A stretch of DNA of 64,000 nucleotides, from contig CM022665.1 of assembly GCA_012295275.1 (NCBI GenBank), forward strand, positions 4,092,001 through 4,156,000, given 5' to 3'. A model generated the notes under the pieces. It saw only the letters and a program-made list of their open reading frames with translations, was not told where the DNA came from and did no database searches. The position numbers and the translations under genes were made by a program. This DNA is from Chrysomallon squamiferum (Eukaryota > Animalia > Mollusca). Positions 37,879-50,648 of this stretch are shown here, piece after piece (position 1 is the stretch's first letter; every line of letters begins with the position of its first letter).

Positions 37879-38417
37879 CTAGAAACAAATGAGATGATGA
37901 ATGGATATTTGTATTACGGGATATTTTTTAAGAAAACAAATTTCAAATTTAGATTTTTTTTTCTTTTTTGATGAAGTGCTGAACAAATGAATATTTGTAT
38001 TTCAATACATTTGTCAGTTTTCTTCTCTGATGAAGAAATAAAAAGTCTCTAAACAAGGAAATCTTTTACAGTAACCTTCTTGCACAAACAGGAAAGAAAG
38101 TAATTTTGCTTTTTTAATGAAACAATTGTGAAATTGGAAATAGCCCACAGAGCTAATCCTGTCTGCCTAACTTCAAACTGGTTAAGTCTGTGACATTCAG
38201 TTAGGATCAGGGGTCACATTTTGATCTGGAATTCTATTAAAAGCTCCTTGAGTAGCTTCATTTTCACTTTCTTTTTATTGTTCTAACATAATAATATACT
38301 GTCATTTGATGTAACTAAGTTCAGAGTTACTGACAGAATGTAGTTAAAACTCTTTTAAGATGTTAAACACTTACTATACATGTCAGAATGTTCTAAAATA
38401 CACTTAAGTAAATTTAC

Positions 38418-38479
38418 CTTGGCTGCTTGGTCCGTTTTACCCAGTGATGTTAGTAAAATACCATAATTGAGATATGCCA
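38418..38479 (-). CDS. TMTC2: TMTC2 TPR exon, 62 nt
   Basis: cag|TG GCA TAT ... GCC AAG|gtaaat; MAYLNYGILLTSLGKTDQAAK. Confidence 0.9.
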
Positions 38480-38914
38480 CTGAAAAAAAAAATAATAATA
38501 ATAAATATACATATATATTAATGTAACATTATTTTCAAGAAATTAAATATTTAAACTGTCAATAACAGTGAATGTTTTATTACTTTTAGTCTTTTTTATT
38601 TTTTTGTTTTTATTATTATTATTATTATTTTTACTGTGTTAAAGTAACTGTCCATTTTCATAACAGTATAACAAAAATCCCTGATAGACTGAGGTAATGG
38701 GAATGTAGCAATGATCTACTCAGTCTGTCAGATGTATTAACAAATTATTGTCCACCTCTGTGCAAATTAATTATTTTATTGTAAACTTTATTATTAGCAA
38801 AAATCATGTACCATTAACAATCTATTGAATGTACAGTTATAATTAAGAAACTGGTAACTTCATGTATCTTTCAAATGAATTATTTGTGATACAAATCACT
38901 TTAACACTACTTAC

Positions 38915-39000
38915 TGGATAATTTTGGTCGGAAGTGAATTGCTTTTTGATAACTTTCCAGTGCTTCATCCACTCGTTTCTGTTCTTGAAGAAGAATAGCA
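38915..39000 (-). CDS. TMTC2: TMTC2 TPR exon, 86 nt
   Basis: cag|T GCT ATT ... TCC A|gtaagt; AILLQEQKRVDEALESYQKAIHFRPKLS. Confidence 0.92.
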
Positions 39001-39342
39001 CTGGAAGAGAAATTTACTAGTAATTAAACCAAATCTAATAAGAGAACAAATAACTTTTATTATAACAGGTTATGCTGATCATTAACAGAGAAGGTAAAAT
39101 ATAAAGAACATGAATTTAACAGATTTTTTCGTTTAATTATTTACATATGAAATCGTAAGCATTAATCTTGGATATAACTTTTTTAAATGAAATCAGTATT
39201 ACAATTTACTTTAAAAAAATGCTGTTTGGCAAAACATATGGGAAAGCAGACACTGGGAGTTTCTAATGCTGGATCCAAATAATTACATGGATTTAACAGC
39301 TGTGCTGGGGCAAATAACACATGAACTGTGAACTGTACATAC

Positions 39343-39457
39343 AGGTTATAATGAACATCGGCCATGTTCCCTCGATAAGACAGGGCCTGTCTGTAAGCTT
39401 CTTCTGCTTCTGCCATCTTCTTCTGTGAATTCCACACATTGGCCAGGTTACCCCAAG
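39343..39457 (-). CDS. TMTC2: TMTC2 TPR exon, 115 nt
   Basis: tag|CT TGG GGT ... AAC CT|gtatgt; AWGNLANVWNSQKKMAEAEEAYRQALSYRGNMADVHYNL. Confidence 0.93.
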
Positions 39458-39655
39458 CTAAAATAAAATACATCTCATTAATTTATCTTCCAAAAAATAT
39501 AAACGTTTTCAAAGGGTAAAATAAAGAACACAGATCTTATTTACTGGCAATCCAATAATAAAAAGAAATGTAACTAATATTTGTTGCTAAAATATAATTA
39601 ATATCATTTCATTCTGTTTGTTTATTTATTTGTTTAGTAGCTTTGTTTTAAATTC

Positions 39656-39698
<43 letters not shown>

Positions 39699-39700
<2 letters not shown>

Positions 39701-39855
39701 AATGTTCAGTTAATTTTGTTTTTGATAGTTAGAACTAATGTTAGATGTATTGTCCATGGTTTACATTCTCAAATGACTTTATTTTTTTCCAAATGTTCTG
39801 CTGTATTCACTTTTAGGTAATAATTGGTAATATCAGATGTTATGTCTACAGCTTT
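39699..39855. repeat. Two units of the same repeat as 47460-47895
   Basis: AAATGACTTT..TCCAAATGTTCTGCTGTATT..GGTAATATCAGATGT matches 47705-47778. Confidence 0.8.
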
Positions 39856-40959
39856 GATTGAAAAAAAAAAAAAAAAAAAAAAAAAATGTTTTGACAAATG
39901 TTTGTGTATATATAATACATTGAGCATCCACTTTCATGTTTTTAGATGTATGTACATATGTATGTGTGGCAATTTGTTCATGTATGCATAAATCACACAA
40001 ACACACACTATCACACATATGTTTAATAATGCAATGCATTCCTATAGCATTTCTCCAGACAACAAATCCTGTTTACAGACAGTGCCAAACAGATATGCAA
40101 CAAAAGTACATTTGTTCTGACCACCATTAACAGAGTTCTGTGACTGCCTACCATTAACTGTCACTTTTCACACAGAACAATTTTATTCTTTGACAAAAAT
40201 AGACAGCTATCATGATGGCATGTAACATTCCAATGAAAAATCAATTTGAAGTGAAAAGGGTTCTGGTGAATTATAGATCCATGATCACAAACTGCACAGC
40301 TAAAATCAGCTGATGGTCTTCCAGGCATGATCAGGGCTGATGTATAAAACTAATTATTATCCAGCAGCTGACTGAGAAATAATTCATTATGAAATATATC
40401 TGAAGTATGCATTCAGTATAAAAACTTTAGTTTTATTTATTTTACTAATCCTGTCCTAAAGTTTCTAACAAGTTACTTGTATATGAAATAATATATGAAT
40501 TTTTTTTTGTTTTTAATATTTTTTTTTTTTTGATTATTTGTTGTTATTATTATTATTAGTAGTAGTAGTAGTAGTAGTAGTAGTTTATTTTATTTATTTA
40601 TTTATTATTTCTTATTTATTTTATTTTATTTTATTCTTTTATGCAGCAAAGGTTATGATAATGTTTAAGCCTCTGTCTTACAAAGATTAATAGCATACTT
40701 TATTCAGTCTATTGCGTTAATGTTATTATCACTGAAAATCATCTGACTGCTAAACACTGTACTTTTTCATCATAGATTGCTTTCCAACTGAGTGATTTTC
40801 AACAGTCTTTCTAAACAGATATATGGCTCGTCCCAAGGGTGAATAAAATTGTTCTGGTGTGAAAGAAACTGGAGACGAAAATTACTAAAACTATATAAGG
40901 AAATTTAGTGACAGCTTTATGAAATTTTAAGCTTGGATAATTACTGTTAAATTTTCAAT

Positions 40960-41800
40960 TCACTTGTTTATTACTTAACATTGGGTCTGATTCACTCTGA
41001 CTTTTTGTCACTGCTTCAGTAATGGGTAATTATCAATTCACAAAGTAAAAATTAGGCAGATTTTAATTTTCAAACATCTGCTGTTATACTTAATTTATCT
41101 TTGTCTGATTCACCAACAGTTTCTTTTAACTCAATAATGGGTAATTTTCCATTTCAATATAAAATTAAGAAAATTTCATCTATAACTTTACATTTGTCTG
41201 GATTTATTGAGACATTTAAAAAAAATTTATTTTACTCAGTAATGGTTAATTTTTGGTTCACAATCCAAAAAACTTAAAATATTATTTATAATTTTACCTT
41301 CAACTGGATTCTTAAGACTTTTTAAAATAATTTCATAATGGGAAATTTTCTGCTTCCAGAAAATTAAGCATGATTTATAAAAATCTTATTCAATTTTACT
41401 AGTCATTGAATTCATGAAACATTCCATTATTAATTCAGTAACTTTGCATTTGCAATATAAAATTAAGAATATATTAGTATTCCTTAATTGTGAAACATTT
41501 ATCTAGCTTTGGCTGGTTTGAGCGAAACTTTTGAAAAATTAATTTAGTAAATGAATAATTTTCCATTTAAAAAATAAAATTAACAAAATTTTATCTATCT
41601 TTATCTGTGACTGGATTCACTAATGTTTGTTCACATTAAGTCAGTAATGGTTAAATTTCCATATAAAATCCGTATAACCTTACCTTTGTCTGGATTCACT
41701 GAGACTTTGAAAAAAAAAACAATTAAAAAGGTAATGGTTAAATTGTCACATAAAATCTTGTATTACTTTACCTTTGGCTGGATTCACTGAGACTCCAGAG
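40960..41800. repeat. Degenerate tandem array, about 90-105 bp unit, about 9 copies, including the exon donor junction
   Basis: Recurrent TTTACCTTTG.CTGGATTCACTGAGACT and TCAGTAATGGGTAATTTTCC motifs. Confidence 0.8.
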
Positions 41801-42618
41801 GCATACAGCTTCTCTTCAGTGACCCAGTCTCCATTGCGAGTCACAGTTCGTGCACTGTACAACAAAATAACAAACGCAATGGAGATCAGAACAGCACGCT
41901 TCTTCCAGGTGTCTCTCAAATACTCAAACAACAGACTGGTGCCATGAGCAACAAGAAGACAAAAACCCATACTCGGAATGTACAGAATCCTCTCCGCTAT
42001 CACAAACCCGACGTAAAAAAATAAATTTGAGGCAGGAATGAATGGAAACACCATTATAGCAAGAGACAGGATGAGAATGGTGACTGTCTGTGATGACATC
42101 GTCGTACACGGGACGTCATCATTGCTGTCTGTTGAGCTGCTAGATCCTCTGCGGTTCTTCAACCGTCCTTTTGGAAGAGAATTCTGTGGTTTGTTGTAGT
42201 GGATATTAGAATTGTGGTTCGAGACTCCGTTCCCGTTCATGTGGGGTTTATGAAAAGTTTCTTTCTGTGGAGCTGAATGGAGATTTTTAAATATTTGATG
42301 AGAAAAAAATCCTAAAGATAAATAAAGAAAAACTGTTGCAGAATTTCTGACATCTGTACAACTCTGGATCAGTGGGATTGATTCCATCGACCAATCAAAA
42401 CTGAGGACTTTTGGACAGAAGAGGAGCCAAACATTCAAGGCAGGCAGGAAATGATAGGTCAGTGTTCTGGTAAGGAGACTCTCAGAACTTGAAGCGGGGT
42501 TATCTGAAGGAGCAAACTCAGGAGCTTTGTTTCCCATGAAGTAGAGTCGGAATGCTACAAGCAGGCCTCCACAGACAGTAATTAGAACAAGGCCTTCCAG
42601 TAATTTCCAAAACTTGGC
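41772..42618 (-). CDS. TMTC2: TMTC2 exon, 847 nt, DUF1736 region and last TM helices
   Basis: cag|GCC AAG TTT ... CCA GCC AAA G|gtaaag; lies within ORF 41746..42687. Confidence 0.95.
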
Positions 42619-43357
42619 CTGAAAAACAGAAAAAGAAAGATGAACTAAACATTTTTTATTACAACGTCCTAGTTTCTGTATCATCATTCTTTTTTTTTAA
42701 TTTTTTTTATTTTTTTATTGGAATTTTGTCTATTTTCTACATAACTATTCTCTTTCATTTTAATTCTTTTTATTATTAATATTTTACTTGAATGAATTAA
42801 TACTTAATTTTTGTTATTAGCTGTTAAACATAATTACTGCAAGAATAAACCTGTTGTCATTAATCCATGGACTACTCTTAATGATAAGCAGTAAGAAATA
42901 CTTTGTATGCATGTTCCCATGTAATAAATTAATGTTAGAACTAGTTGGAATGGGAAATAAGTGAATGGATACACTGAGGAGGATTGATTCAGTAATTCAC
43001 CTTGCATCCTTTTTGTTTCTCTGTTGTTGTTTTTTTTATTTGTTTTTTGGTTGTATTTATTTTGAATTATTTTTAATACATACAAAAGTGGAACTTCAAA
43101 TTGATGCTGTTGGACTACTTAAACAAAATTCTCATTGTAAACAATATAATAATAGTAAGCCCTTAGTATCAATGACATTAAATTACACAATTTCAGTAGC
43201 TGAATTTTAAAGATATTTGATAGTAATAAGTTAATTTATTCTCTGGAACAGAATACATCTTAAAATTCCTTAACTGGTTAAACTTTATATGTACTTTTCA
43301 TCAATAAAATAAAACAAATTTTAAAGTAAAAAAAGCACAAAACACTCAAAACACCCG

Positions 43358-43408
<51 letters not shown>

Positions 43409-43959
43409 AAAAAAAAAAAAAAAAATAAAAACCTACTTTGATGTGTACGTAATTTTCATGATTTACTGAACTTTAGTCTGACTCATGCACGTTAAAATGA
43501 TTTGCTTGTGATTATCCTCTGATTTATTAATAATGAAACAAACAACAAAGTGGTTTTGGTTTAATGATCTGATACCTGAAACTCATAAAACATGTATAAT
43601 CAATAGGGTACAAAGAAATGACTCGTAGCTCCATGGCAGCGCTTTCTTTTGAAGAATAACAGATCTACAGGATCAATTCTGACTGATGAACCCTTTAGAC
43701 AATTTCTTGTTCCAGTCAATGCTGCATAGTTTGCATATTTGTATACGTTCTGCAGTTTATGGAAAAGTTAAAATGAAAGATTCTTTATTGATAATTGGTA
43801 AATGGTATGTAAATGATATATAGAAAATGGTTTTTTTGCTGGTAATTAGCAACTGGTGCATAAAGTTGTTTATTGAAAATATATATATATATATATATGT
43901 AATATATTTGCTGGTAATAAGTAATTAGTATGTGCTGTTGTGTTTCTACTGGCAGAATG

Positions 43960-44100
43960 ATGGCACAAATCATGGTCTTTATTATGTCAGTTATGGAGCA
44001 CGGGCTGAAATGAGAAATAGCTAAATGGACCCACCAATAAGGATTAATCCTATGACCTTCCACACTTTTAGCAGACATTCTGTTATTACATCCCATTCCC
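43960..44100 (-). mobile_element. Degenerate SINE-like repeat copy (probably tRNA-derived)
   Basis: ATGGTCTTTATTATGTCAGTTATGGAGCACGGGCTG is shared with 56291 and with the reverse complement of 22764-22800. A B-box-like GGATTAATCC sits at 44041. Confidence 0.6.
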
Positions 44101-45299
44101 TATATTTAGCAATCTTATTAATATTTTTAGTGACTGTTACGGTGTATACAGTTTTGACTTCTAATTTTAACAAATCCAAAAGCAGAATGTATTATATTAA
44201 TTAGAAGATAAATGTTCTTTGATTTCATTTTGGGAGCAGGCTATTGCAGATATAACTCTGCTAAATGTGAATGTTAAAAACACAAAATCATCATATAATA
44301 TATACTTAAATTTAAAAAAAAATGCCAACATAATGAATTTACTAAAGATCAAAATATACCTGTTTCAATAAAAAAAAAATTAAAAATGTAAAAAAAATTA
44401 AAATTGCCTACATCTTAATTTTAATGTCATATGGCGCCTCACTTGTATCAAATTACCAAAATATAAAATGTGATTTCTCTTTCTTTTTTTTTCTTTTTTT
44501 TAAAGATATAATTCACTCGGATTTTGTGGTATCACTGTTGTACTAAAATGCCAGATATATGTGTATGAGTAAAAAAATAAAACATGCATTAATTTAAATT
44601 AACAAATCTTTGTAGTTTTTAAAACACGATTAATGTTTTTGTAAAACCAATATATTATTCCTGGCTTAAATAGTACCTAAATATAGTTAAAAAAAATAAA
44701 ATAAAAATAAAAATAAAAATATGGCACATGTATTCAGATCATCTGCTCCTTACCTGGAAGGACAAGGTTTTCAATTTTACCTTGATGGCAATAAAACGCA
44801 ATAAAAACCACAACTGTATTTATGAAATTAAAAAAAAATAATAATAAAATAAAATAAAATAAAAATTTAAAAAAAACCCACACATTTACATCTACTTGCT
44901 CATACACAATCATTCAATTCCTGTCACATTTATGACTGGTTTATGTAACACAAAGGTAAAATTTATAGCCATGTTTATCTCACTGTATAAAAACATACAT
45001 TTAAATCTCACCACCTGCTATTAAAATATACATTTAATTACATGTTCAAGCATAATGCATGAGCATTAACCTATAGCAACGATATTACATTTCGTTTGCA
45101 TTAATTTTATTAATGTATGACGTTCCCCTATTTTGTATTATGATATTTCATACATGAAAAGGGAAAAAATATTTAATGACACAGTAACACATTAGCTATC
45201 AAATACAATGCCTTGGGTGTTAAAAGGCACTCTTCAAACCATTTGACACAGCCCATTAAGAGTGCAGTACACAGAATGGTGGGGTTAAAAAAATCCCTC

Positions 45300-45965
45300 A
45301 AGTATCACTAATGTATAATATTTATTATAGAACACCTATATATTATACTTATGTATGATAATTAATATTACAGTTCACTGCTATATAATATATTGCGACG
45401 TACTTGATTATAATATACATGTATATTATCGGATACAGTTATAGAATATCTTATAAAATACTGATGTATGATATATATATATTGCAGTGCAGTCACAGGA
45501 TATTTTATAATATCCCCTGATGTAGGATATATATTATAGTACACTGATATAGGATATATATTACAGTATACTGTCTCAGAATATAATACACTGATGCTGA
45601 ATATATATTGAACTAAACTGTCCAGAATATATTATAATGCACTGATGTAGAATATATATTAAACTTTCACAGAATATATTAAAATACACTTTATACACCA
45701 TTGCAGAATTTGTTATAAACCCTGATGTAGAATATATATTATAGTACACCATCACCAAATATAATATAATATTCTGATATGTATTATAGAATACTATCAT
45801 AGAACACTGTCACAAAATGCATTATAATATACTGACACAGAATATATATACATCAGTGTAGAATATAGATTATTGTACACTGTCTTAGAATATAATATAA
45901 TATGGAATATATGTTATAACACTAGTGACACAGAATATATATTACATTATACTGATGTGAGAATA
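45300..45965. repeat. Degenerate minisatellite, about 27 bp unit
   Basis: TATATATTATAGTACACTGATGTAGAA variants. Confidence 0.8.
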
Positions 45966-46317
45966 TGTGGTTTTGTTTTTCAGTTCACACTTGCTATTGG
46001 AAACTGGATACAAATGGTGTATCTGATCATCTGTCTGCTTAAAATGACTTATGATTTTTTTTCTTTGTTTTTTTTTTTCTCTTGCAGTTTTGTTTATTAT
46101 TGTACATTTTTGATTTATTGTTCTATTACTGTTTTGACATGTATTATTAATGTTATGGTTATTTCGTGAATTATTGCTATTATCAGTTTTTTACAGAAGC
46201 AATGGAGGTCAAATTATAAAATATTTTATTTAGGAAAACTTAGGTAAACTGCTTTGCTAGAATATACAAGTATTTTTTTATTTCATTTTATTTTATTTTA
46301 TTGTTACTTTTTATTAT

Positions 46318-46350
<33 letters not shown>

Positions 46351-47459
46351 AAAAACTTTTTATTTTCTTTTGTACTTCTTTTGTATATTCTATAATGAAT
46401 TTTAATACCAATTAAAAAATTAAATGAATAAATAATAATTATGTTGAATAATGTTTTTCTTTGAACATCACCATTTTAAGATTTTATAACAATGAAGCAA
46501 GATTACAACAGTCAGTCAAAATTTCTGTTATAAGACTTGGGCTCAAAAACAGATCCCACAATCTATGGTCTGTCAGTGTAGCATTTTGATATAATCATCT
46601 ACATTAACCTTCATGCATTAACACTGGACAAAATATCAGCATGTTGTCTCAAAGAAAAACAGAGATCATTTTAATACCTCCACATTCTATACATTTTATC
46701 TTAAAATCAAGTATCACCATGTAAAAAAAATACGCATAGATAATTTTAATACCTACATATCCTATACATCGCTTCTCAAACTGAATTATCACTACATATA
46801 AAAAAATACACACTGATGACTTTGATACCTCTATATTCATTACTTCCAAAAGCTCAAGACTTTGGACATTTCTGGTGTTTTTTTTCTTCTTTTTTGTTTT
46901 TTTTTTGTGTGTATTTTTTTTAACAATTTGATGTCCCATTGTTATTGTTTTTTTAACCAAGCATGTTCATGTTTGTTCTTTTCTTATCTAAAAACCCCAT
47001 CACGTATTAACACTTGTGAACAATACCGTCTGAGTGTGTTTTATCATGTTTACAATCATAATTGCACATTGCAGATGTCAGAGGGGTCAAGACCCGGTTT
47101 ACCTGGACGAGGCAGGTATCTTTGTACAGGTACAGGTATCAGATAATACAGGTGAATGTTACTAAGAGCCTGTCGACAACACGCATCACTGGTCAGAGTG
47201 TGACATAACCTGGAATTACCTGTCAGGAAATGTTAACTTGAACAAGACACTGTTGTCTGTTACAGGTAGATTCACGCTACCTCTTACAGGTAAATTCACA
47301 TTATTACCTGCCACTGTATTAGTCACGCAGGTGTGTGTTACAAGATTTTTTAGATACTTTAATGGTAACTCAGAAAACACTAGAGGATGTGTTGGTAATC
47401 AGTCAGATATCATGCACTGCTGCAGTCCATGGCAGGCTGTCAGTATCAGTTTACAAACA

Positions 47460-47895
47460 GAATGTTGAGCTGAATTTAGTTCTTCGTAATAAGTGCTAAT
47501 ATTAGATGTAGTGTCTGTGGTCTTGATTATAACGATGGTTTTTTTTTTCCCCCCTCATTTATTAGGCTGTATTTATCTTTTGGTTAACACAACTAATATT
47601 AGATGGTTATAATTTTAAAAAAACAAGAAAAACAAACCCACATATGTTCAGCTTTTTGGTAATAACAACTAATGTTAGATATAATTTCTGTGGTTTTGGT
47701 TCTTAAATGACTTTTATTTTGTTCTCCAAATGTTCTGCTGTATTTACCTTTTGCTAATAACTGGTAATATCAGATGTAGTATTTTCACTTTTGGTTCCAA
47801 AATGTTTTTTTTCTTTCACAAATGTTCAGCTGCATTAAAGCTTTTGGTAATTAGATCTAATGTTACAATATAATGTATATAGTTTTGGTTCCAAA
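47460..47895. repeat. Degenerate tandem array, about 90 bp x5
   Basis: AATGTTCAGCTG..TTTTGGTAATAA..CTAATATTAGATG..GGTTTTGGTTC. Confidence 0.8.
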
Positions 47896-48720
47896 AAGGC
47901 TTTCCAAATTAAATAAAAGAATATCAGTTAACAACATAATAATGATCCCACGCCTTTTACTAATGCCAAGAGATATTGACTTTATTTCCTCATACAGATA
48001 CATTTTTGATTACACTAGATACTCTATACATTTTCCTATTCAGATACACAATGTATTTTACAACACAGTAGAACAGTGCATTTCCATGTGTTATAGAAAT
48101 ACAATGTATTACAGTAATATTTTCAGAATACTTACAGTTCGAGTGATATAGAAAATAAAGTTATCTACAATTTTGCTATTATGAAAGACAACAGGAGCCA
48201 GCCCATTTGAGAAAGCATAGATTTGTTTTATCTACCACTTTGCCAACCAAAAGCTTTAAATGATCCAAAAACAACAATTCAGTTTTTCTCAGTATACCCT
48301 CAAGAATGCAAAACATGTATTAACTCTTTAAATACTGGTGTCCCCACACTTTTAGTTCCATAATTTTTCTTCCTTGTGCTGATTTTCAAAGGTCTTAAGA
48401 AACCAAAAAGCTTTAAAAAGATATTTTTTATGTTATTTATTTATTTATTTTGTTTGTTTATTTACTACTGATTTATTAATGTTGTTTGTAAATTAGTTTC
48501 TTTGTTGTTTGCTGCCTTGCTTGCTGTATTGGTTATTTATTTATTTATTTATTTATTAGAGGATTTTTCTTTTCTTTTTAATTTATATTATTATTATTAT
48601 TGTTATTGTTATTATTTTGCAGAGATGTGTTTTGTTTACATTTATTTCACTGCCTATTTGTTTTTGTTTCGTTTAATAAACAATAAAAAAACTAACATAA
48701 CTTTTACTAACACCACTCAC

Positions 48721-49306
48721 CATTGTTAATATATGCAGTTTTATGATATCCAGCAGCTTCACTCTGTTGTAAATAAACAAGTCGTAGGTAGCACACACTG
48801 CCAGCACAGCTATGGCCTGTTCTTTCGTCAACATGCTGGCTGTCGTGAAAAAATACACAGCAACGATGTACACCCATCTCTTCCAGGCTCGTTCCTTGGA
48901 ACTTCGGTACTCCACATACTTCATGTAACTCAGGAATGTCAGAAGAAAAAAGAAACAGGCACCAACATCAGCTCTCCCTACAACACCAGCTACAGCTTCG
49001 GTGTGTATGGGATGTGAGGCAAACAGCATCCCTGCAACAAGTGTGGACAGCGTCTTTTTGAGAAAAATCTTTGCAAAATGGGTAAAAAGTGCTGTGACAA
49101 GGACATGGAGAAGAATGTTTCCGAGGTGGTAGCCCCATGGGTTCAGTTCTCCCAGGTAATAGTTGAGACGGAAGGAGAGAACACATAGTGGTCGGTAAGA
49201 TTTGTGTGATCCGCTGTGTGTTAAAGGGGTACCCCAGAAGTCATCGTAGAAAATGTTCAGCAGTGGAGTCTCTGGTAACAGGTCTGGATTCTTCTGAATA
49301 GCTCGA
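48721..49306 (-). CDS. TMTC2: TMTC2 exon, 586 nt, N-terminal TM region
   Basis: tcag|T CGA GCT ATT ... ACA ATG|gtgagt; encodes FWGTPLTHSGSHKSYRP and HPIHTEAVAGVVGRAD. Confidence 0.95.
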
Positions 49307-50599
49307 CTGAAAAAAGATATTAAGAAAAGAAAATTATTTTAGGAATATGTTATGCATTTAATTTTTGAACCCGCATAAAAGCACATACATATATATATGA
49401 ATATATGCATATACATACAGAGAGAGAAAGAGAGTTGTTGATAGATATTTCAATAATTAAATCTGAAATAAAGTAACTGTTTTATATGTGTGTGTGTGTG
49501 TGTGTGTGTGTAAACTTAATTTTGATGTAGAAACTGACATATAGAAAAGTATATATTCATTTAGTAAACAAAAATATTTTAAAAAATATTAGAATCAGAA
49601 AATGCTTTAAATGAAAATAAAAAAGTTACAGAAACACAGTTATTATTATTTTTTTTAATCCAAATAAAAATAAAATTTTTAAAATATCTGAAAACACAAT
49701 AGTATAATCATGATTTGATTTATGGCTGTTTTTTGTTTTTTCACATTAATACCAGAAACATTTGCAATTAAATTTTTTTGTCAATGAGCATAATTAAACA
49801 ACCAGTATAAATCAAAAAGTATTTTCACTTTGTTTTCCCCAAATCCTTAATACTTAGTCTGACTCTGTCTGCACTGAACACAATTTATGTCAGTGGGAAT
49901 AAACTGAAGAATTTTTTTCTTTTTTACTTTACCAATATATTTTAATGCTGGTTTTAACATACCAAATATGTTTCTTAACATTTCTGAACTTCAAAGGTTA
50001 AATATATGCATTTTGTTTTCATGATACATATTTATGGGTCCATTTTGAAAAATAAATCTAAAGAAGAAATGTACTGTGACTTATTCATGGACAATTTACC
50101 TGCATCTTTTAAATTCCAAAGTTGATTAAAACACTTTGGTTTTTTCAAACATATGTCGATAGATACAAGCACACACATACACACTCATACATACTGACAC
50201 AGATACACACGCATCCAGAAGGAGACCATGATAACACTTGACCTTAAAAAAAGATTGTTCGGTAAATGAGGGTGATCATCATTTCCTGTTAAATGTGCTG
50301 ATTCATCATCTGTCATCATTTATTGCATACATTTATGTCTCAGAAAAACCTGGCACTGGCTGGTACATATTTAGAAATGAATATTCTGTTTTCTTATATA
50401 TCTCTGATTTCAACTCTGCTCATAGACAATATTCAGAACTGCACTGGCACAAATGTCAGATGCCACTGATGAGACCTGAACAGCATATGGCACCCATTTG
50501 ACTGCACTCCTGAGGTGGACAACAATACTACTTGACTTCCGAGACAACCTTTGAAAATGTTGCTCAGTAATACATAGACACATATATCAACATTCTCTA

Positions 50600-50648
<49 letters not shown>

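Larger units (their letters stand above)
31969..49306 (-). other. TMTC2: TMTC2 gene span (5'-partial; 12 coding exons seen, about 822 codons)
   Basis: Spliced translation gives RAIQKNPDLLPETP..DDFWGTPLTHSGSHKSYRPLCVLSFRLN, HPIHTEAVAGVVGRAD, SDNPAS..LSFDWSM, PFIPASNLFFYVGFVIAERILYIPSMGFCLL, then TPR repeats. These match the recalled TMTC2 sequence. All introns are GT-AG with consistent phases. Confidence 0.93.

Noticed and set aside
47100-47333. Recursive-splicing (AG|GT) reading of the CAGGTA cluster
   Set aside because: Seven of the ten motifs are on the non-transcribed orientation, and the three sense ones lack polypyrimidine tracts.
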